Source: Gemmatimonadota bacterium (GTDB taxonomy: Bacteria > Gemmatimonadota > Gemmatimonadetes > Longimicrobiales > Gaopeijiaceae). Taken from it: 64,000 bases of DNA. The stretch covers positions 1,120,001-1,184,000 of the forward strand of contig JAXHMG010000003.1 of NCBI GenBank assembly GCA_034521595.1, in the 5' to 3' direction. Of the stretch, positions 1 through 8,463 are shown piece by piece. The stretch's first letter is position 1; every line of letters starts with the position of its first letter. Both the position numbers and the translations under genes were made by a program. The notes below the pieces were generated by a model. It was not told where the DNA came from. It searched no databases and saw only the letters and a program-made list of their open reading frames with translations.

Positions 1-1
1 A

Positions 2-190
2 GCGGCTCCGTTCAGCGTAGCGAAATTGGCCATCGAGGCCCGCGTTTCGAGCGCGAGTGTCTACGCGTGGGCCAACGGGATCCGCAAACCGAATCCGGAG
101 AAACTGCGAAGGCTCGCCGATGTGCTCGAGCGCCGCGGTGGAGAGCTCCAGAAGCTCGCTGAGGAACTGAGGGATGCAGCGGACGCATGA
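2..190 (+). CDS. XRE/Cro-family helix-turn-helix protein, 5'-truncated by window edge
   Basis: Manual translation: ...FSVAKLAIEARVSSASVYAWANGIRKPNPEKLRRLADVLERRGGELQKLAEELRDAADA*; typical Cro/C1 HTH pattern; absent from the ORF track. Confidence 0.75.
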   Translation, partial: AAPFSVAKLAIEARVSSASVYAWANGIRKPNPEKLRRLADVLERRGGELQKLAEELRDAADA

Positions 191-248
191 CGCGGCCACG
201 CTTTCGACCCGCCTAACTCCTTTCGTCCGCCCCCGCTAGGGCTCACGC

Positions 249-1511
249 GTGCTATCCTCTTCCCTCCACCTCGACCTGGACCTGGACTCCTTCCCATGGC
301 CCGCTGAGCGGCCAGTGGCGGTGCGTGTGCACCCCGTCGCGGAGCGAGCCCTCAAGGACGGGCATCCGTGGCTCTTCGAGGACAGCATCACCTCCATGAG
401 CGCTTCGGCGGGTGCAGGGGACGTGGTGGTGGTGTTCGACCGGAAGAACCGATTCCTCGCGGCCGGCCTCCACGATCCGGAGAACCCGATCCGGGCGCGT
501 ATGCTCGTGCACGGCGAGCCGGCCGAGATCGGTCCCGAGCTGTTTCGACACCGCATCGAGACGGCGCTCGGACGCCGGAGCGAGGTCGCGTCACGGGACA
601 CGACGGCGTTCCGCGTTCTGAACGGGGAGAACGACGGGATGCCCGGACTCGTGGTCGACCTCTATGAGCGGACGTTGGTCATCGAGGTCTTCACGGTCGC
701 CTGGCTCCCGAGGCTCCGCGAAATCGTCCCGGCCCTCCGTGACGTGCTCGCGCCCGAGCGCATCCTCCTGCTCGCCTCGAACCGCGTGGGGGAGAGCGAC
801 CTTTGTCCTCCGGAGGCGGCGCACGGGAGCGTCTTGCTCGGCACGTCTCCGCAGGGAGGCGTGCCGTTTCTCGAAGCGGGGCTGCGATTCGAGGCACACC
901 CGTTCGAAGGGCACAAGACGGGCTTCTACCTCGACCAGCGCGCGAACCGATGCCGCCTCGGGCGGCACGCTGCCGGAGCACGGATCCTCAACGTCTTCAG
1001 CTATACGGGGGGCTTCTCGCTGCATGCCGCCCGGGGCGGGGCGGCGGAGGTCGTGAGCGTCGACCGAGCGGAGGCCGTGCTAGCCCAGGCCCGACGGCAT
1101 TTCGACCTCAACCGGGGTGACCCGCAGGTCTCGGCCTGCCGGCACGAGACCGTGGAAGGGGATGCTTTCGAGGTGATGTCGAAGTTGGCGCGGTCCGGAG
1201 AGCGTTTCGATGTGGTCGTCGTGGACCCACCGTCGTTCGCGCGGGCCAAGCGACATCGGGACAAGGCCCTCGGAGCGTACCGCACGTTGACGGGCCTCGC
1301 CCTGCCGCTCACGCGTCCCGGTGGGCTCCTCGTGCAAGCCTCTTGCTCGTCCCGAATAGGGGCGGGCGAGTTCCACGACGCCGTCACCGGTGTGGCGGAA
1401 ACCGCCGGACGCCCGCTACAGGACCTCGAGCAGACCGGGCATCCGCCTGATCACCCCGTCTCGTTTCCCGAGGGCGCCTACCTCAAGTGCGTTTGGGGTC
1501 GGGTGCCGTGA
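249..1511 (+). CDS. rlmI: RlmI-like class I SAM-dependent rRNA m5C methyltransferase (start uncertain)
   Basis: GHPWLF PUA-like start, GENDGMPGLVVD, GHKTGFYLDQR, FSYTGGF, DPPSF, SCS, YLK motifs. Confidence 0.85.
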   Translation: MLSSSLHLDLDLDSFPWPAERPVAVRVHPVAERALKDGHPWLFEDSITSMSASAGAGDVVVVFDRKNRFLAAGLHDPENPIRARMLVHGEPAEIGPELFRHRIETALGRRSEVASRDTTAFRVLNGENDGMPGLVVDLYERTLVIEVFTVAWLPRLREIVPALRDVLAPERILLLASNRVGESDLCPPEAAHGSVLLGTSPQGGVPFLEAGLRFEAHPFEGHKTGFYLDQRANRCRLGRHAAGARILNVFSYTGGFSLHAARGGAAEVVSVDRAEAVLAQARRHFDLNRGDPQVSACRHETVEGDAFEVMSKLARSGERFDVVVVDPPSFARAKRHRDKALGAYRTLTGLALPLTRPGGLLVQASCSSRIGAGEFHDAVTGVAETAGRPLQDLEQTGHPPDHPVSFPEGAYLKCVWGRVP

Positions 1512-1517
1512 GCCCGT

Positions 1518-2648
1518 TCAGCCGAGGCGATCGAGAACGTGCTCGAGTGCGGTGACAGCGCCGTCGACGTCCGTGAGCTTGTCGAGCCCGAAGAGCCCGA
1601 GCCGGAAGGTGCTGAAATCGTCGGGCTCGTCGCACTTCAAGGGCACACCTGCCGCGATCTGCATCCCCTGTTCGGCGAACGCGCGGCCGCTCTGAATCGC
1701 GGGATCATCAGTGTAACTCACGACTACGCCCGGAGCTTGGAAGTCTTTGGCCGCCACGCTCTTGTACCCACGCGCTTCGAGTAGCGACCGAACCCTGCGG
1801 CCGAGCTCGAGCTGTCGGTTTCGGGCGACGTCCAACCCGAGCCCCACGGTTTCCCGCATCGCGTCCCGGAACGCACGCAGGGCATCCGTCGGCATGGTCG
1901 CGTGATACGCGTGCCCCCCCTCTTCGTATGCACGCATGATCTGATGCCACCGCTTCAGATCACAGGCGAAGCTGGTGCTCTCAGTGGCGGTCATGCGCTC
2001 GAGCGCACGATCTCCCAGCATGACCAGGGCCGAGCTCGGAGGCGCACTCCATCCCTTCTGAGGCGCGCTGACGAGCACGTCGACCCCGAGTGCCGTCATG
2101 TCGACCCAAACCGTCCCCGAGGCGATGCAGTCGAGCACGAAGAGGCCCCCCACTTCGTGGACCGCCTCCGCGACCGCACTCAGGTACGCATCCGGCAGCA
2201 TCATTCCGGACGAGGTCTCCACGTGAGGCGCGAACACCACGGCGGGACGCTCCTCTCGGATGCGGCTCACCACGTCGTCCAGCGGCGGCGGCGCGAAAGG
2301 AGCTTCGGAGCCGGGTCCCGTCGGTCTTGCCTTCAGCACGGTATGGGTTTCGGGGATCGACCCCACGTCGAGGATCTGCGACCACCGGTAGCTAAACCAG
2401 CCGTTTCGAATCACGAGACAGCGGCGGCCGGTCGCGAGCTGTCGGGCGACCGCCTCCATTCCGAACGTTCCGCTCCCGGGCACCACGGCGACGGCGCTCG
2501 CGGCGTATACGTCCCGTAGCGTCCCGGAAATGTCGCGCATGACGTCCTGGAATGTGACGGACATGTGGTTGAGCGCCCGGTCGGTATAGACGACCGAATA
2601 CTCGAGCAGCCCGTCGGGATCATGCGGTGTGGTGGCGGTCGACATCAT
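1518..2648 (-). CDS. Class V PLP aminotransferase (alanine/serine-glyoxylate type)
   Basis: GLLEYSVVYTDRALNHMS, GSGTFGME, HVETSSG, DCIASG, SAPQKG (PLP Lys); start moved to ATG 2648. Confidence 0.88.
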   Translation of the reverse strand: MMSTATTPHDPDGLLEYSVVYTDRALNHMSVTFQDVMRDISGTLRDVYAASAVAVVPGSGTFGMEAVARQLATGRRCLVIRNGWFSYRWSQILDVGSIPETHTVLKARPTGPGSEAPFAPPPLDDVVSRIREERPAVVFAPHVETSSGMMLPDAYLSAVAEAVHEVGGLFVLDCIASGTVWVDMTALGVDVLVSAPQKGWSAPPSSALVMLGDRALERMTATESTSFACDLKRWHQIMRAYEEGGHAYHATMPTDALRAFRDAMRETVGLGLDVARNRQLELGRRVRSLLEARGYKSVAAKDFQAPGVVVSYTDDPAIQSGRAFAEQGMQIAAGVPLKCDEPDDFSTFRLGLFGLDKLTDVDGAVTALEHVLDRLG

Positions 2649-2818
2649 CTCTCTCGGAAGCGAAGGCACGTCGTCGGGAGGCGTGACGATGACTCGGAAG
2701 CTCGCGTGACGCAATCACGCCGGGGCGGACGCGGGTGGCGCTTCGGGGCTGACGCCGGCGACGGCTCGCCCTAGGTTGGGTCTTAGCGGAGACATGCACT
2801 GAGCGAACGAGGATCGAG

Positions 2819-3964
2819 GTGAGCACGGATACGGTCGATGTCGTGGTCGTCGGTGCGGGGATCGTCGGCGCTTCCTGCGCCTGGCACCTGGCATCGCGCG
2901 GCCTTCGGGTCGTGGCGTTGGAGACGGAGGCCGCGCCCGCGATGGGCTCGACGGGGAAGAGCGCCGCCGGCGTGCGCGTCCAGTTCACCACGGCGCCGAA
3001 CATTCGGCTGTCCATGCACTCCCTGCCGTTCTATCGGAGCTTCGAGACCCGTTTCGGCATGGACATCGGATATCGCCCGATCGGCTACTTGCTTCTCGCC
3101 CCGGAGGAGCGGTGGGACCAGCACCTCGAATCCGTCGAGCTGCAGCGCTCGCTAGGGGCGCCCGTCGACGTGTTCTCACCGGAGGAGGCTCTGCGCTTCC
3201 TCCCCTTCGACACGGAGGGCTTGGCCGGCGCGACGCGTGGGCCGTGGGACGGGGTCATCGATCCACACATGGCGACGCAGGCTTTCGTCACGATGGCAAA
3301 GCGGGAAGGAGCGGAGTTCCGGTTCGGTGACCCGGTCACGGCGGTCACCAGGTCGCCGTCGGGTGGATGGGAGATCGTGTCCGCGAAGGGGCGCGTGCAC
3401 GCGGACTACGTCGTGAACGCGGCGGGAGCTTGGTCCGGAGAGGTCGCTTCGCTCGCGGGGCTGGATGTGCCGGTGGGTCCGAAGAAGATCCAGATCTTCC
3501 TGAGCGCGCCGATCGACGACGAGCGCACGTATCCTCTCACCGTCGATCTGGCCACGGGGGTCTATGTTCGCTCCGAAGGAGACAGGGTCCTCTTCGGAAA
3601 GGATCGCTTGGACCAGGAGATCGGCTTCGAGGAAGGGATGGATTGGTCCTGGATGGAGCACGTCCTCCTCACGGGCGTGACGCGGTTCCCCTGGTGGGAG
3701 GACCTCGGCGTGGATCGGAAGAGCAGTTGGTGGGGCTACTACGAGATGTCTCCCGACCACAGCCCGATCATCGAAGCGCATCCGCACGCGCCGACATGGA
3801 TCGACGCGTGTGGTTTTTCGGGCCACGGCATCATGCACGCCCCCGCCACCGGGTTGGCGGTCTCGGAGATCGTGGCCGACGGCGCCAGCCGCACCCTGGA
3901 TGTCTCCGCGTTCGGCCACGCCCGGTTCGGCGCGAATCTCCCGCACGAAGTCAACGTCTTCTGA
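2819..3964 (+). CDS. FAD-dependent oxidoreductase, DAO/sarcosine oxidase beta-like
   Basis: GAGIVG Rossmann motif, GSTGKSAAG, VNAAGAWS, SPDHSPII, GFSGHGIMHAP. Confidence 0.9.
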   Translation: MSTDTVDVVVVGAGIVGASCAWHLASRGLRVVALETEAAPAMGSTGKSAAGVRVQFTTAPNIRLSMHSLPFYRSFETRFGMDIGYRPIGYLLLAPEERWDQHLESVELQRSLGAPVDVFSPEEALRFLPFDTEGLAGATRGPWDGVIDPHMATQAFVTMAKREGAEFRFGDPVTAVTRSPSGGWEIVSAKGRVHADYVVNAAGAWSGEVASLAGLDVPVGPKKIQIFLSAPIDDERTYPLTVDLATGVYVRSEGDRVLFGKDRLDQEIGFEEGMDWSWMEHVLLTGVTRFPWWEDLGVDRKSSWWGYYEMSPDHSPIIEAHPHAPTWIDACGFSGHGIMHAPATGLAVSEIVADGASRTLDVSAFGHARFGANLPHEVNVF

Positions 3965-4023
3965 TGAGCCGCGCCGTTCCACCGGTCGCCTGCACGCCCG
4001 CCGGCCGCGCGAGGCGCCCATGA
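3964..4023 (+). CDS. Putative bridge mini-ORF, 19 aa (MSRAVPPVACTPAGRARRP)
   Basis: TGATG overlap with upstream stop; its TGA overlaps downstream ATG 4020 (ATGA). Confidence 0.5.
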   Translation: MSRAVPPVACTPAGRARRP

Positions 4024-4217
4024 GCATCCTCTGGATCGTGCTGCCGGGCTTCGTCGTGGGCGTTCTCGTAATGGACAGCGTGCGGCGGATCTTCTCCGAG
4101 GACGACACCCTCGTTCGCCGGCTCTTCGCCGATCAACCCGTCACGATGATCGCGGCGGCCACCACGGTGGGATCCGTGCTGGTCTGGGGTGTGTTGAGGG
4201 CGTTGCGGTTGATGTGA
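4020..4217 (+). CDS. Small 2-TM membrane protein, 65 aa
   Basis: GAGG upstream of ATG; two hydrophobic segments (ILWIVLPGFVVGVLVM; MIAAATTVGSVLVWGVL). Confidence 0.7.
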   Translation: MSILWIVLPGFVVGVLVMDSVRRIFSEDDTLVRRLFADQPVTMIAAATTVGSVLVWGVLRALRLM

Positions 4218-4262
4218 AGGAAAGGCTGAGTCCGATCGACGGCCTGCGTGTGGAACGGTGCG

Positions 4263-4448
4263 TCAGTCCGTCGCCTTCCGTCGCCGATCAGGGGTGGTCC
4301 GGCGCTCTCCGCGCCTACGGTCGGGCCGGAGGCGACGGTCTCCGCGTGCGCCGAGCGGGCCACGACGGCGCTCGCCCTGCGATCTCCGCTCTCCGTTCAC
4401 ACGGCGATCCTGATGGCTACGGCGTTCTCCGGACCTCTTCACGAACAT
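4263..4448 (-). CDS. Small Arg-rich protein with eight [D/E]RR repeats, 61 aa
   Basis: GGGAG upstream of ATG; MFVKRSGERRSHQDRRVNGERRSQGERRR...DRRLRPDRRRGERRTTPDRRRKATD. Confidence 0.6.
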   Translation of the reverse strand: MFVKRSGERRSHQDRRVNGERRSQGERRRGPLGARGDRRLRPDRRRGERRTTPDRRRKATD

Positions 4449-4596
4449 CGGTTCGACGTCTCCCGGCGTTGGGGGCTGAGGGCGCATGCATGGTCGACCC
4501 ACGCGGTGGTTTATGGAACATGTCGTGAGGCCCGACCGGCGTCAAAGCGGTTGGCCGATCGGGCCTCGAACGACACGTGCTCCGTGGCGTCGGGGG

Positions 4597-6183
4597 TCAG
4601 AGCGACCCCGGTCCGCCCGGCCGCCGGCTCGAGGGTCTCCTGGAGGGCGCGCTTCCCCTGGAAGAGCCACGGGACGGAGTCGAACGTGCCTCGGGACTCC
4701 GTGACGACGGCCTCGATCCCGCAGACGGAGTCGAACGCGCACCGGAACTCCGCGACGAGGGGCGGGACCCGGCGGATGGATCCCGCCGTGGCTCAGCCCG
4801 GGACGGGGCTGACCGTCGTGACACGCTCGGGCGTTCGCCCCGGTCCGAGCGAACGGCGCCGGAAGGCGCGGAACCTCGGGAGGGGCGTGACGGCACGGCC
4901 CGGCGGGACTCGGGCGCCGACCGTGTGGACGGTCTCGATCGGGTACTGGGGGTCGAACGGGGCTCCGAGCGAACGTTGGCCCGAGGACGCCCGTCACGGG
5001 GTGTGGCCCGTGCCGCGGGAGCGCGCCCGTTCCCCCGAGGAGCCACCGTGGGCCGTCGATCGCCACCGGACGAAGAAGATGGCGCGGCGCGATCGGACGG
5101 ACGCCGGCCCTGGCTCGGGGCGACTCGAGCCGATGGACGGCTCGGAGCACGGGGCGTGGCGCGTGTCGAGGGACGTTCCTCCGACCGTGGAGCGACGCGA
5201 GCTGACGGGCGTTCACGGGTCGACGGAGTCGCGCGTGCCGCGGGACGCGCCTCCGACGCCCGGCTCGCCGAGCCACGCTCGGTCGCTTCCGGACGTACGA
5301 CCCTGCCGGAGGGGCGTGCCCGAGCTCGATTCGACGGAGTCGACCGGGCCGCGGGCCCGGCGTCCGCTCGCGCGCCGGATCCCGATGCGGATCGAACGCG
5401 GGCGTTATCGAAACGCGACGGTGCGGCGATCCGGCCGGACGGCCGTCCGGTGGCCGTCGACCGGTCCTGGGCGATACGCGTGCCGCTCGGCGCGGCCGAG
5501 GCCGCGCCGGCCCGCCGGACGGCCGTTCGGGACCCGGCCCTGGATGCGGGCGACTCCTTATACCGGGTGAACGAGCCGGCGAGCGGGGAAGGTCGATAGG
5601 AAGCCACGCCGCGGCGTCCTCCGTAGGCGTACACGGTCCTTACGGGGCGGGGTGCGTACCGGCGGGACCACCGGCCGTCGACATAGCCGTCCTGGTAGCC
5701 GCTCCAGTAGGAGGTCCACGGGTCGTACGCCCAGTACGGTGCCCGTGCGACCACGTAGGGTCTGCTCACGTAGAGGTGACGTGGAGCACGGTAGACGGAA
5801 TACCCTGCCCAGCCGTGTCGCCACCGCTTCGCGCGAAACGAGAGACACTCGACGTACCAGCCCCCGAAGGGATCCCAGTAGCTTTCCCAGTAGGAGTCCC
5901 AGCAGCTCGCCCGCACGGTCACATAGTTTCGGGGCGCGGGTGTCCGGTGCCCGTAGTCGTAGGCGGAGGAACGGCTGCGATATCGGGTGCCGTAGTAGGT
6001 CCCGAGTGATGCGCTCAGGAACACCGAGCCGGCGTCGTGATACGAGGCCGTGCTGAACCCGACGCCGGTGAAGAGAGGGCCCGTCTCCAACGTGACCGAC
6101 AGGTGGGTCTGCGACGCCGAGGCGATCGGCGCGAAGGCTGTGACCGCCACCAAGAGTGCGAACGAGCGTGTCAGGATACCCAC
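4597..6183 (-). CDS. Secreted hypothetical protein: signal peptide, Tyr/Trp-rich region, long Arg/Ser/Pro/Ala low-complexity tail (528 aa)
   Basis: AAGGAGG before GTG 6183; ILTRSFALLVAVTAFAPIASA signal peptide; peptide-level repeats with synonymous variation in this frame. Confidence 0.8.
   Translation of the reverse strand: MGILTRSFALLVAVTAFAPIASASQTHLSVTLETGPLFTGVGFSTASYHDAGSVFLSASLGTYYGTRYRSRSSAYDYGHRTPAPRNYVTVRASCWDSYWESYWDPFGGWYVECLSFRAKRWRHGWAGYSVYRAPRHLYVSRPYVVARAPYWAYDPWTSYWSGYQDGYVDGRWSRRYAPRPVRTVYAYGGRRGVASYRPSPLAGSFTRYKESPASRAGSRTAVRRAGAASAAPSGTRIAQDRSTATGRPSGRIAAPSRFDNARVRSASGSGARADAGPAARSTPSNRARARPSGRVVRPEATERGSASRASEARPAARATPSTRERPSARVAPRSEERPSTRATPRAPSRPSARVAPSQGRRPSDRAAPSSSSGGDRRPTVAPRGNGRAPAARATPRDGRPRANVRSEPRSTPSTRSRPSTRSAPESRRAVPSRPSRGSAPSGAVRSDRGERPSVSRRSAPSRAEPRRDPSAGSRPSSRSSGARSTPSAGSRPSSRSPEARSTPSRGSSRGSAPSRRPSSRRPGGPGSL
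4673..4774 (-). repeat. Two 51-bp in-frame tandem units encoding PSAGSRPSSRSxxARST
   Basis: GACGGAGTCGAACG recurs at 4673 and 4724. Confidence 0.8.
5081..5247 (-). repeat. About five degenerate 12-aa coding repeats (RPxxRxxP core)
   Basis: RPAARATP / RPSARVAP / RPSTRATP / RPSARVAP / RPSDRAAP at 12-residue spacing. Confidence 0.7.
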
Positions 6184-6638
6184 GGTGTCCTCCTTGCGAT
6201 GAATCCATCCTTCATGCGTGCATGGGTCATGCCACGGCCCGAGAGCAGCGAAGCGCCCGTGGTTGACGATGTTCCGGTCCCGTCCCGACGGGAAGTGTCC
6301 ATCCTCGTGGACGGCGAGTGTCCCGGTGAAGGACACCCATCCTCGAGAAGGAAGCCTCGCGCCAGCCCGGCTTCCGACGCGCCCTACCGGCGAGGCTTGG
6401 ACAGCGGCTCGCTACCGCTCCGGCGTCCCGCCCGAAAGTCCGTACTTGATCCACGAGCAGATTCGTGAAAGATTACTACCCGTCCAGCCGACTTGAAGCA
6501 CGTCGGCACCGGTCTCGGCCCCCTGGCCAGCCGGATGGGCCCGTGCCGCGCCCTCTTGGCGCGCGGATTACCTCCTGACGGATGCATGAGCGCGAGCGAC
6601 GCCGCGCCGAGGTCGCATCCGGCAACCGGTTTGAAACA

Positions 6639-7943
6639 GTGTCCGACTCGCCGAACAAGCAGCAGGGTGGCGGTTCCAAGAAATCCCGGCGTGGCAATCG
6701 CCGTCGTCGGGGCCGCGGCAAGAACCGCCGCAACCAAGATCAAGACAACAACCGCAACGACGGCGACAACTCGATCGACCTACCGGACGATCCCGAGGAG
6801 CTGATGGCGCAGTCCCGTCCCCTGGGGCTGTTGGAGATCCTCGGGAGCGGATCGGGCTTCATTCGCCGCCGCGAGGCCGGATACACGCCCGGTGACGACG
6901 ACATCTACGTGGCGTCGCGCATCATCCAGAAGTTCGGGCTCCGCGCGGGCGACGAGCTGATGGGCATCATCGGCAAGCCGCCGAGGCCGGGCAAGAGCGC
7001 CCCACTCGCCTATTTGGCGATGGTCAACGACCATCCGCCCGATCAGGCGAAGAATCGGCCCGAGTTCGAGCGTCTCGGAGCCGTCCACCCCGACGAGCAA
7101 CTCGTACTCGAATGCGGTCGGACCATCCTCGGGGAGCCCGATTACACCAATCGGGTCATCGACCTGTTCTGCCCCTTCGGAAAGGGTCAGCGGGCTATGA
7201 TCGTGGCCCCGGCCAAGGCGGGTAAGACCATGGTCATGCAGGCGGTGGCCGAAGGGATCGTCACGAACAATCCGGAGTGCCACCTCATGTTCCTGCTCGT
7301 GGACGAGCGTCCCGAGGAGGTCACCGAGATGGAGCAGTGCGGCTTCGGCGAGGTGATCGCGTCCACGTTCGATCGACCCGCCGAGCGTCACGTACAGGTG
7401 ACCGAGATGACGCTGGAGCGGGCGCGTCGCAGGGTTGAGCAGGGCGAAGACGTCGTCGTCATCCTCGATTCGATCACCCGCATGGCTCGGGCCTACAACT
7501 CCGTCGAGAACGGGAGCGGGAAGACGCTGTCCGGAGGTCTCGACGCGAACTCGCTCGAGAAGCCGAAGCGCTTCCTCGGCAGCGCCCGGAAGATCTCCGA
7601 TACCCAGGGCGGGGGATCGCTGACGATCATCGCGACCGCGTTGGTCGACACGGGGTCCCGTATGGACCAGGTGATCTTCGAAGAGTTCAAGGGAACGGGG
7701 AACAGCGAGCTCGTGTTGTCCCGGGAGCTCGCCGACAAGCGGATCTACCCGGCGATCGACCTATCCCAGTCGGCTACGCGGAAGGAGGAGCTCTTGATGG
7801 ACGAGGGCGCCCTCCGCATTTCGCACGCGATGCGCCGCCAGCTTGCCGGCATGAATCACACGGACGCGATGCTCGAGCTCCTGGGCGCGATGCGTAAGAC
7901 ACAGTCGAACCGCGAGCTCATCGACTACGCCCGGAGCCGCTGA
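6639..7943 (+). CDS. rho: Transcription termination factor Rho with low-complexity N-terminus
   Basis: GFIR, DDIYV, GKGQR, APAKAGKT P-loop, DERPEEVT, DSITRMARAYN, FEEFKGTGNSEL; start GTG 6639 chosen (ATG 6582 possible). Confidence 0.95.
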   Translation: MSDSPNKQQGGGSKKSRRGNRRRRGRGKNRRNQDQDNNRNDGDNSIDLPDDPEELMAQSRPLGLLEILGSGSGFIRRREAGYTPGDDDIYVASRIIQKFGLRAGDELMGIIGKPPRPGKSAPLAYLAMVNDHPPDQAKNRPEFERLGAVHPDEQLVLECGRTILGEPDYTNRVIDLFCPFGKGQRAMIVAPAKAGKTMVMQAVAEGIVTNNPECHLMFLLVDERPEEVTEMEQCGFGEVIASTFDRPAERHVQVTEMTLERARRRVEQGEDVVVILDSITRMARAYNSVENGSGKTLSGGLDANSLEKPKRFLGSARKISDTQGGGSLTIIATALVDTGSRMDQVIFEEFKGTGNSELVLSRELADKRIYPAIDLSQSATRKEELLMDEGALRISHAMRRQLAGMNHTDAMLELLGAMRKTQSNRELIDYARSR

Positions 7944-8463
7944 CGACATCGTCCAAACGGTCGAGACTCCGTTCGAGCTCGGCCGTCTGGGCCCGATCCA
8001 TGAAGAGGGCCCAGTAGCCCATGAGCGGGTTGGGCCCGAGGGTGCCCGTCTCTCGCCACGAGATCCGAACGCCCTCACCATCCGGCGCGAGGCTGAGGGT
8101 GCCCGTGGTTCGCATGGTACGACCGACTTCCACTTCGTAGGTGACACGCTCGGGCGGCGTGACTTCGACGATTCGGAAGAGCCCCTCTCCGAGGTCCGGG
8201 TCGTCCCACGACATGCTCGCACCAGGTCCCCGCTCGGGCCCCGAGCGCTCGAGCCCCGAGTCCGGCCATGCCGTCCACGAACGCCATCCTTCGGGCGTGT
8301 CCAGCAACGAATAGACGTCGCGCGGAGAGGCGTCCGCGACGAGCTTCGACGCTCCGGCTTCCCAGTCCGAAGGAAGGAGGAAGCCCAGCACGAGAAGGCC
8401 GATGAGGAGGGTGGCCGCACCGCCGAGGATCTTGGTGCCGAGGCTGAACGGTGAGCCGGTCAT
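7918..8463 (-). CDS. SRPBCC/START-family protein with N-terminal membrane anchor
   Basis: N-terminal TM, WRSWTAW, GPGASMSW, ELERSLDRL terminal helix; ATGA overlap with tesA stop. Confidence 0.8.
   Translation of the reverse strand: MTGSPFSLGTKILGGAATLLIGLLVLGFLLPSDWEAGASKLVADASPRDVYSLLDTPEGWRSWTAWPDSGLERSGPERGPGASMSWDDPDLGEGLFRIVEVTPPERVTYEVEVGRTMRTTGTLSLAPDGEGVRISWRETGTLGPNPLMGYWALFMDRAQTAELERSLDRLDDVVSGSGRSR

Noticed and set aside
187-216. Bridge ORF after the HTH gene
   Set aside because: ATGA start but TAA at 214-216 does not reach the rlmI start.
1518-2648. Class V enzyme as ergothioneine C-S lyase EgtE
   Set aside because: Motifs fit the alanine/serine-glyoxylate group and it lies about 25 kb from egtD.
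4673-5247. Possible CRISPR or non-coding repeat array
   Set aside because: Degenerate, multiple-of-three coding repeats with no spacers and no cas genes.
4248-5599. Plus-strand ORFs of 440 and 340 aa over the repeat region
   Set aside because: Mirror of the low-complexity tail; the minus frame has the SD and signal peptide.
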